A stretch of DNA of 64,000 nt from Amoebidium appalachense (taxonomy: Eukaryota > Protista > Ichthyosporea). Below, one piece after another: positions 54,414 to 64,000 of the stretch. The position numbers were made by a program, and so were the translations under genes. The notes under the pieces were generated by a model. The model was given only the letters and a program-made list of their open reading frames with translations. It was not told the DNA's origin and did not search any database. The stretch is taken from assembly GCA_963693365.1 (NCBI GenBank), contig CAVNZM010000002.1, positions 11,216,328 through 11,280,327 of the forward strand, read 5' to 3'. Numbering within the stretch: the first letter of the stretch is position 1; each line of letters begins with the position of its first letter.

Positions 54414-57400
54414 TTTGTGGATGCAAAACATGACTTACTCTGTACATCAGCCACAAATGCCTCGCGCAGGCTGTGTAGAATGTGGCTGCTGTTTTCTTCG
54501 ACTGTTCTGCTTTGCAGCTGTAGCAGTACCTCAGCATCGCCATGGCTGGTCTTGTTATCCACAGCCTAAGAGTCACACAACTGTCAACCAGTGTGCCCAC
54601 CCACAAGTAAGCCTGCCCGCTAAATCAAGAATATGTCTTTCTCTCCATCTCCAAATCTGTAAAGACAAGCAGGCAAACAAGCAGGCAACCCCCGCCCCTC
54701 CCCCCCCCCCTCCCCCTCCCCCTTCCCCCCATGTGTGTGTGTGTATGTGTGTGTGTATGTGTGAGCGTGTGTGCGTGTGAGCGTGTGTGCGTGTGTGTGT
54801 CTGTGTGGTGAGTGTGTGCGTACGTGCGTGCGTGCGTGCGCGCGTGAATAGAAAGAATCATGCACAGACATATGCACGCACACGTCAGCAGCACCCACCC
54901 ACCCACCTTTTGAAATATACGCAATGCATCCAGGCATTCGGGTGACAACGGCCCGTAGCCGTCGGCCATGGCATACTTGAGCCATGCTGAGGAGTAGAAG
55001 CTCCATGATTAAACTTGTGCCACACATCCTGCACCAGCGGGCAACAAAACGACATGCAGTGTGCTATATTCAATGTCTGGGCCTGGAAAATTCCGGAGGA
55101 GGGCAGGTGGATGGTATGTATGTATGTTTGTGTGTGTATGTGTGCGTGCACGACCGTGAATGTGTGTGTGTGTGTGTGTGTGTTCTGTGTCTGCGCACTC
55201 GTGTTTTGGTCTCAACCCCCCCCCCCCCCCCTCCTAGAAGACATCCCCACACATGCATGAACACAGGTACACAAATGTTTTCCACCTCTCCCCCTCCCCT
55301 GCATCTTCTTGCACAGAATGCCATCACTCTTCCAATCAACAGCGTAGGCCAGGTTTCACTGGCTTCACATACACAGGACACGCATGTTATGCAGCACCCA
55401 CCCTACCTGCATGTGCTTGGCCGCCCAACTGTTGTATATGCTGCACAAAGTACCTGTGTAGAGCAGGGCAGTGTGAATGAGTGCCAAAGCATTAGGTGTT
55501 TAGACAACAAAAGTAGGCGTATTGAACATGTCGGGAGTGAAGGTGTTTAGGCACATGATTCGGGTGCACTAGCTGTGCTCAGGTGTATGTGTGCGCGCCC
55601 CACGCATGCCCAGCCACCCGCATATGTATGTGCATGTGAGTGCGTGTGCATACACACACGCAAAAATTCACACCGGCTATCTTTTGGGGGGGTCCGAATT
55701 CGGTCACCCAGTCGGGTCATATATGGAATGAAAAATGATACGAGAGCCCTTTGACGACAAGAAAAATAAGGCATAAGCATCCTTATGAAATGAAAGACAC
55801 CATGCTAAACACTAATTATATTTTCTTCATTTATTTTTCCCTCTAAAGTGCATGATTGCACTAGAGCAGTTGCAAATTCCTTTCATTTTTGTGGCAAATA
55901 CAGCGTGATACTAGAAAAAACTGTGTTGAGAAATTCAGTTAGACCTTGGGGCTCATTCGACAATTATGGAGTATATGTTTTTGTGCTATTTTCAAAATTT
56001 TAGAAAGCTCTCGTATCTGGTTCATTTTCTGTTTAAAAGCTGTGTGTTTTACCCCTATTTGACCGGTAACTGCAAACGCCGGCTCATATCATGGAGATCT
56101 AAGTTCAGGGGAATTTCCGAATCGGATATTGCAATCGGTTTGTGGCGTTTGCACTCGCCGCATCATTACAGCAGCTCATTTACCTTATTTATTTAGCAAT
56201 AATAATACCGTTATGCCGTGGTCTGTCGCTAAGCTGAAGTGTTTAAAAAAAAAAAAAATGATACATGCATGTACAAATAACACACCTACAAGACAGTACG
56301 CGGCCCTTGTTTGTCGAATCCGGGAAATGCATTCCCAAGTTCATTTTGCCTAACGGCCAGAGCGGTCATAGGATGGCATGATCTTCTCTATGCATGTCGA
56401 TCAGATTTATAGCTTGAAATATGATTGGATGTGTAATTGCCCGGGGACCCGGGGACCGAATTGTCGCCGCCCCAAAAAATAGCCGGTGTGATTACGGATG
56501 TGCGGTTTGTCATATGGGAACATGCCTGCGAGATGAATACACCATAGGGAAATGTGGCTTTCAAAAAGAGCAGGTTATCTGCGAGTTCCAACAGCTGCTC
56601 CTGAGCGGAGCATGCTGCGCTACCAAGGAGAAAAGGAGCAGGGGCACATGATGGGGCCAGGTGTGTGCACTGTTTCCCAAACTCTTGTGGGTGCATGCTC
56701 TATGCATGCTATTTCGTTCACATTTACCTTTTCCCTTTGTTTTACCTTTCCAAAAGAAAATGTATTTGTTTTACCTTTCCATTCTTTTGGGTAGGTGTTT
56801 CTTAAAAAATGTTGTTGTTTGCGTTTTCTTTGGGCAGGGGGTTGCTCTAATATAGAAACGATGGTTGCGAGAAACAGGCAAAGGGAGATACACACTTGAT
56901 CATTGACTCCATGGTAGGTGCTGGCCACTGGGTTTCTTGCTTTTGCCTGTCTGCATGTGTGTAGTCCCATGGAGTGACCTGGTTAAGCAGATGATTTGGT
57001 TATTTACCAAAAGGAAAAAAAACTCTGGGTTTTTCCCTAAATTCTATTTCCCAAAATTTTAGGTGGTAGGTTAGAAGATTGAAAACCCCCAACCCCAGCT
57101 ATGTTTCCAGAGAGCTGCTGCACGCAACAGCACGCCAAGGTCAACCCGCTATTCCCAAACTGCATCTATCCTGCAAGCAATGCTACTTTGTGGGTACCAA
57201 ATATTGCCCCGTATCTAAGCTGAAAGTCACCTAAGCAATGCTACTTTGTGGGTACCAAATATTGCCCCGTATCTAAGCTGAAAGTCACCTAAGCAATGCT
57301 ACTTTGTGGGTACAAATATTGCCCCGTATCTAAGCTGAAAGTCACCTTCAGAGCACAAACCTGCAGGGTCATTTTCTCTCAGATGGTGTTGTGCAACGAA

Positions 57401-58787
57401 CAAGACAATGTGCATTTGTGCATGAGGTTTGAAGCACCACCCACCTGCTTCATGCTACTCACACGGGGGTCCCAAATGACACTGTAATGGTCACCGTCAT
57501 AGTCTCCTGTGTAAGGTGTGTAGGGGAACACAATGTCAGAAACGATGTGATGGCGTTGCTAATGTCTTGTTGTTTCTCTTCAACAAACTATGTATATTAC
57601 AGAGTCACTGGGCTCTCATACACTCGTTCAACCCAGATAAGCTTCCCACACCAAAATCCTAAGGAAGTATCAGGTTCCCCAGAAGCAGGAATCACGGTGT
57701 ACTGCCCTGCGCTTCAACATGCATATTGGTTTCAACAACAAGTGTGCTACCATAAGCACATATACCGATGCATGAAGCCTCATGCAATATAATTGCAGTC
57801 CACCCCCATATACAGATGTGAAGGATACACGTGGGTAATGAGCTTATAACCACACAGGCATACGCGCAGTACACCCAAGCGCACGTGCACGCAGACACAC
57901 ACATACATCCCATGAACACAAACACACGAACAAGTAAATTTTCAGCACATGAACACCATAATGCACGTCTATGAAGTCAGGTGCAACCACACAAAAACTA
58001 TACCGTATACACTTAGCACTTCAAGTTCTCAAGAGGAAAGGATTGGAGAGGTGGTAATGTTATACTGGCCTCCTCGACATAGACAGTCTTGGTGATGGCG
58101 AAAGAGGAGGAGGGTGGGTGGGGCTTCTTAAACCACGTCAGTCCCACACAGGATAATACTCTTGATATTGATATGCAAGTGGGGAGGGATTGCCATCGTG
58201 TCCCGGACTCACCTCCGGACATATCTATCGCAGCTGGCCTCTCGCCCGTCACCGGGAGAGTCAGCAACTCAACCAAATGATCATAACGCCCTGCAGTGGA
58301 AAGCACTCAGAGACCCCACCAACCTCTTATTAGACAACCAACAGGCTCCACAGATAGCACAACAACCTACTGCAGCCTTTAGCATCACACCACTTCTTAA
58401 CTCCGTAGCTACAGGCTACATTTATGTATGCTTATTGCTAACATAAATGACCATGGTATTGTCTACAGATGTGTCTTTGCGCCAACATCACCAACCCACG
58501 TACACTATTCCTCTTGCCAGGACAGACCAACATCAACAACCGCGGACCATGCTCAAAAGCATGGACAAAGAAATTCGAAATAGAATCATAACAAATAAAA
58601 CCGGCCTAATCCTGCTCTTCCCACAAACCCCTATCCCCACTTCGCTCACACACCCCTCAAATGCTTACCTAAACATCCACATGGCGTGTCAGCGGCAATA
58701 GAAAAAGTCTGAGCCCTCCCCCCATACCCCCCCACCCCCCCACCCACCCACCCATCCTTCCCCTCCCCCCCCCCTCCCCATCACCAC

Positions 58788-58843
<56 letters not shown>

Positions 58844-59533
58844 CCCCCCCCCCCCCCCCCCCCCCCCCACACACACCCACACACCCACACGCCACCACCA
58901 CCACCACCACCACCACCCACCCACGCACCCACCCACCAACAAAAGCAAAAGGGGGGGGGGGGGGGGGGGGGGGGCTGGGCTTACCATTTGGCACATCCAC
59001 GGCCTGAAGCACTCTTATGTCTCCAGGATGGTATGTTGGGTTCCGGAACACAGCCACGGGGCCAACCTGCATTAAAGTTCATGAAATACTCCTATGTATC
59101 CCTCCGCAAATTTAACCCTGCCAACTTCAGTGGCCTCCACTTCCTAATCAGAACGGAGCACACCACAAACAGGGGCAGCAAAGAGGAACCTACCAAGGTC
59201 TTAGGCCTCCCCCCGATCAGCAACCGCACAAAGCACTGGCCTGGCTGGAGGATTCCATCTTCGGCCCTGTGTGGTGTGTTGTGATTGTGTCAGCCCCCTT
59301 CTTTATGAATGGTGACTCTTCTCTTTTCTTTCCCCTTTCCCCTAGAAACACTCGACTCTACCCCCTCCAACCACCACCACCACCCACCCACCCACCCACC
59401 CACCCACCCTCATCCCACGCCCTTCTGGAAGATAACCAGGCTCTTCTCCTTTTCCTAAACTCTCTGGGTTTTGAATATCCTTCCCCAATATCTCCCCCCT
59501 CCTCCCTCCCTCCCCCCCCCCCCCCCTCCTCCC

Positions 59534-59589
<56 letters not shown>

Positions 59590-60222
59590 CCCCACCCCCT
59601 TTCGACATGCTACGTATTACAACGATGAGGTGGAAGGCGGAAATATTGGGAGGGGAGGGAGGGAGGGGGAGAGGGGGGGGGGGGGTTGAGACAATCCAAC
59701 TAATCTCATATGCATGTCAACAATATGGTGTGTAATCTGGCGAGGTCGTAAAAATGAAGCTAATATAAGTATCAGAGAAATTTAAAAGTTACCGAGTGAG
59801 GCAATAGGCAAACTAAGTGCCTGTAAGACGCACCAAACAGCAATTCATAACCATGAGGAGTAGAGCAGTGGAACCAACCACAAAATTATTGGGAAAACAC
59901 ATCAGAACCAGAGACGGAAAGAGAACGTGGGTGAGGGAATGTTACTGCGTACCTGAGAACCGGCTCTGGGATGCCCAATATTTGGCGGGATAGGGGGAAT
60001 GCCACATTCGTTTTCGGTTTCCTCTTGACGGGTGTTCGGTGAGAGACACTGCATCAGTAGTGTTGTTAGGACGTGATGCTGTCCAGCGTGGTAAATAGAA
60101 AAGGGAAGAGAGAGATGCAAAGTGTTTGCCAAGCCAATGCTACCGACTGTGGCAGGCTGTTAATGATATTTGAACCATCCTCCTCATCCCTCTCTCTGTC
60201 TCTGTCTTTCTCCCTCCTTGCC

Positions 60223-60256
<34 letters not shown>

Positions 60257-60790
60257 AGCAGCCAACCACCCACCCACCCGTCCAACACCTCCCTACTCTC
60301 TTTTCTCAATCTCCTTTCCCTCTTCCTCCCTCCCTTTCTCTCCCACCCTCTCCACCCTCTCCCCTCCCCCCTCCCCCCCCTCCCCCCTCCCCCTTCTCTT
60401 CCTCCATCCCTTGGCCCCTCCCTCCCTCCCTCCTCCCCTCCCTCCTTCCCTCCCTCCCTCCCCATCCCCGCCTCCCCCTCTCTTTACCCTATCCCGCACC
60501 CTCTCAGTCCCTCCCCTCCCCTCCCCCCTCCCCCCCTCCCCCTGCCCCCCTGCCCCCCCATCTCGACTTCCCAGTCACACTGCCTCTGCCTCACCCTCTC
60601 CTTCCATCCCTCCTCCAACCCTTTCCTACCCGTCCCCTTGCTCCTGTCCTCGTTCCCTCCCGCCCTCGTTCTTGCTCTCCTCGCTCAGTCTCCACCCTCC
60701 TCGGCCCCAATTTCTCTCCCTCCCTCACTCACACACACACACTCACTCTCCCCTACCCTATTCCCCAGCCCTGTCTCTCTCCCTCGCTCG

Positions 60791-60844
<54 letters not shown>

Positions 60845-60991
60845 TACCCCCTCCTCCTCCTCCTCTTCCGCCCTTCTTCCTCCTCCTCCTCCCCTCAAAC
60901 TCTTTCTCACACCTTATTTTTACTCTCCTTCCTTCTTTTCTATCGTTTTTTTTTTTTTCTTTTTTTTTCTTTCTTTCTTTTTTTTCTTTTT

Positions 60992-61045
<54 letters not shown>

Positions 61046-61215
61046 GGTGGGGGAAAGTGGGGGTTGCACGTGTTTTGTGTTTTGCAGAAACTGGCGGTGT
61101 AGAAGGGGGAAATACGGTTCGTAAACAGATGAAGTTGCCAAAGGGAAGAGGATGTGGTACAGACAGGAAGGATGGACAAGGGAACGAGCGAGGACGGCCC
61201 CAGGTGAACGGGAGA

Positions 61216-61251
<36 letters not shown>

Positions 61252-62134
61252 CTTTATTAAGTAACCGAGAAATTTGAGGCCAGGGGAGAGTGTAGGATCT
61301 GCCGGGGTGAATTTGGTATGAAGTGAAGCTGTGTCAAAGAGCTTGTCGATATCCTGCGGTCAGACTGGTTAGCATGTACATAGGGCACAGTTGGTCAAAA
61401 TTACTGGTGAACAGGGTGATTCTGGCTGGCTGGCAAAGTGACAGGAAACTGAACGAAAAGATCCAATATGTGCCTTCGGCGAGCAGACACACGCAGTTAG
61501 GTGTGATCGACATTAATCGACAAAACTTTGAAATCCCATGGTTCACATGTGATATAAAGTTATAGCTCACTTTCAGAACGAGGTTGGTTTACTGATTGGT
61601 GGTCTGACTAGACGTGAATTTAGTTGCCATATTGTTATTGGCATGGGTCTTAATCAGAAATACCTAGATTCTTATAAAAATTCATGTCTTTGCATTGCTA
61701 ACAGACAACTTGTACCGCTCAATAGAGCAAATAAATGGCTTTTAGGTATAGCGACGGGTGGGTGTCGATCGGCTAAAGGTTGAAATTTACGAAAAAATAA
61801 GGTTTCTTTTCGTGCACGGCACATATTAGGAGCCCACAACACTATGTACATGCAACGTTGAGGTAGTTAGCTGATTTTAGTTCTTTGGCGTGGCATTAAG
61901 TCTCACCGGTTTGCTTTCAAGAGGATAGGTCAACACATATGTGACTGAGCAACATAGATTATCCTGAAAACCGGATAACCGATTAGTCTATGAGATACAC
62001 GTAGACATCCAGGTGCTTCAATGTTCTCACAATCTTTGTCTCGAGCAGGAAGTAGATGCTACTTAGTGCATGCTCAGACAATGAGCATCAAATGGGTTGG
62101 GGCAGAGGGGCTGGAGGACCCTGGGGTGGGGGGT

Positions 62135-62180
<46 letters not shown>

Positions 62181-64000
62181 CAACTGACTTCGACAGATTT
62201 GCACTCCAGGAGCTGGTTCATCTTACTGATGGCCCCCCTCCTGGCCATTGCACAAAGTACAGCAACAAGATTGTGCGTGTTCCTTTGGGTCTGCACGTCT
62301 ATTAGAGTCTGGGCCGGAACACCGAGTTCTGAGCATAGAAGTTAGTGCTTGTGCCTGAAGACAAAAATCCAACATAAGGAATGCGGTCATAGTTAGCAGC
62401 ATATCGTGGATTTCCACCCCTGTTTTAGACTGGCGGTTTGCTCTATGAAGAAATTCAGCATCCGGAGAGTATCAATGCAGGGCGGTTGGCAAAAGAGACA
62501 ATTACTAACTGCCACGGGATTCTGATCATACATCCACACACACTAATCGATTTCTTTTACCTAACCATTGTTGATAAGTCGATCGTCCACCCCACGCTGT
62601 CTCGTAAGCGATATGTATCCAAAAATTAACAGACATTCCTTATCAATCATCCGCCCGTGACATGGCTCAGACACCCAAAATCTAACCCAGGATGACCACA
62701 GCACCAGTAGAATGTGTGGAGAGCGGGTTACTGACGGTTTCTCTACTCTCCTTCCATCCGCATGTGAGAGAGAGAGAGTGTGTGGGGGTGTGTGTGTGTG
62801 CATGCGTGTGTTTCTGTGTGTGCTGTGTAGTTGTGTAGTTGTGTATGTGCAGGCGCATGTCCAATTCAGCGTGTGTGGGTCGTGTATGCATGCACGCACG
62901 TGTTCGTATGTGTGTGCCAAGGAGGGAGGGAAGGAGGAGACATTGCGGGGGGGGGGGGGGGGGAGGGAGGGGGGAAGGGGGGGAGGGGGGAGGGGGGAGA
63001 GGGGGGGGGGGGGGGGGTACCATTAAAAAGAAGTGCAGTGTGTTCCAACAGTACGGCCGCAGTGCTACTCTGGCCGAGTGAGTTGTCTGTCAAACAGGCA
63101 AGCCATGACCAGGCACTGGGCTGCCAGGTGGTCGGGTGGGGAGTCGCAGGTGACGGATGCAAAGGTACCTTTTGCATGCTCTTGCGCAGTAGCAGCTGTT
63201 GTTCATTACATTAGGGAAGATAATTTGGAGAGGGAGGGAAGGGGGGATGGGGGGGGGGGGGGGGGGGGGGGAGAAGAAGGGGGAGGGGATCGAGGGGGGG
63301 GGGGGGGGGGGAGGGGGGGGAGGGGGGCAGAGAGGGAGGGATGACGAGAGGGGAGGTAAAGGGGTGTGCAGAAAATAAAGAAGTTAGCAAATTGATCACA
63401 TCAGAGTGTACCATACCAAGACACCAGGGGCAAAGAGAAGACGGAGGGTTTCAAAATTTACATCAAGTGGCATACTTGGTGGTCACGGCCACTGTTCTTA
63501 GTAACTAAGACGATTTTCTCATAGCACATAGAAGGTGGCTTATCAGGACCGATGTGCTTGGCAGTTGAGTCGAATGCCCGAAGTCAGCGGGGGAAGGCCC
63601 CAAGGGGGGGGGGGGGTGGGGGGGGGGGGGGGGATAAACCGCCATATTGACTTCTTCTCTCCATTTTCCCAAACTGTGCGGCTAGACTTCTGAGGTTCGC
63701 TGCTTTGGTGAAATCTTTCATGCATTTTCCAAAGGAGAATGGTGTGCCGTTATAGAAAAACCGGTTGCCACACCCACCTGCATTCCCTCAAGCTCGGGCG
63801 CCACTACCACCATGCCCTTGCAGCCCTTGTAGCGGATTTGGAAGGCTGTTGGTTGTATTTCCTGCGGAGGCAGAAATCAGTCCACACGGTCAACGTGCAA
63901 CCACCAGATGTGGAAAGACACCTGAAATAAAGGTTTGACCATACTACCCCCCAGATATTGACATCCAATCTCAAAGGTGCTTTCACATACAGCAACGTGT
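52886..64000 (-). CDS. Eukaryotic RNAi-type RNA-dependent RNA polymerase (RDR/QDE-1/Rdp1 family), spliced, 5' end beyond the right edge; possibly partly disabled
   Basis: Exons 63861-63778 (PTAFQIRYKGCKGM), 63195-63169 (LLLRKSMQK), 62354-62189 (ELGVP..DVQ, apparent frameshift), 60048-59953 (SRQILGIPE), 59266-59194 (GILQPGQCFV), 59066-58985 (GPVAVFRNPTYHPGDIRVLQAVDVP), 58290-58213 (HLVELLTLPVTGERP..MSG), 57506-57465 (GDYDGDHYSVIWDP), 57360-57303, 56946-56896, 55453-55407, 54986-54907 (GPLSPECL), 54565-54439 (AVDNK), 53852-53743 and 52978-52886 (stop). Phases are consistent from 60048 to 52886. Confidence 0.9.
55669..56490. mobile_element. Non-autonomous TIR DNA transposon (MITE), CACTA/Mirage/Chapaev-like ends, 822 bp, in an RdRP intron
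   Basis: Left end CACACCGGCTATCTTTTGGGGGGGTCCGAATTCGGTC; reverse complement of the right end CACACCGGCTATTTTTTGGGGCGGCGACAATTCGGTC (first 12 bp identical). 3-bp direct repeat ATT at 55666-55668 and 56491-56493. AT-rich non-coding interior. Confidence 0.82.
57175..57347. repeat. 58-bp tandem triplication overlapping an RdRP exon/donor
   Basis: AAGCAATGCTACTTTGTGGGTACCAAATATTGCCCCGTATCTAAGCTGAAAGTCACCT starts at 57175, 57233 and 57291 (the third copy lacks one C). Confidence 0.95.

Noticed and set aside
56388-56696. ORF with QEQLLELADNL, first taken for an RdRP exon
   Set aside because: It overlaps the MITE end, and the RdRP splices in frame from 56896 to 55453 without it.
57175-57347. 58-bp repeats as a CRISPR-like array
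   Set aside because: The copies are directly adjacent with no unique spacers.
58013-58212. ORF reading SGGESGTRWQ, suggesting loss of the DxDGD motif
   Set aside because: This is read-through of the GTGAGT donor at 58212; DYDGD is on the next exon.
61490-61990. AT-rich MITE-like stretch in an RdRP intron
   Set aside because: No convincing pair of terminal inverted repeats or TSD was found.

Overview
This is eukaryotic genomic DNA, rich in introns, microsatellites and poly-G/C runs, so almost all ORFs in the supplied track are repeat artefacts. Splicing by hand (GT-AG, phases checked) gives four recognisable multi-exon genes: PBDC1 (-, runs off the left edge), ATAD1/Msp1 AAA ATPase (-), an ankyrin-repeat PP1 regulatory subunit of the MYPT/PPP1R16 type (+), and an RNAi-type RNA-dependent RNA polymerase with a DYDGD centre (-, runs off the right edge). 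There is also an intronless OFA-like MFS transporter split by one frameshift (+), and a ~17-exon decayed gene (+) with possible P-like transposase motifs, enclosed by long diverged inverted repeats. Mobile DNA includes a solo LTR with a 5-bp TSD and a CAC-ended MITE with a 3-bp TSD inside an RdRP intron. A tandem array of decayed modules occupies 5.7-15.2 kb. The most striking unexplained pattern is that many host introns start with (GT)n/poly-G and end with poly-C/(AC)n right up to the AG, so their ends are mutually complementary. Gene content fits a holozoan, probably unicellular (inference). All assignments come from reading motifs; no database search was run.
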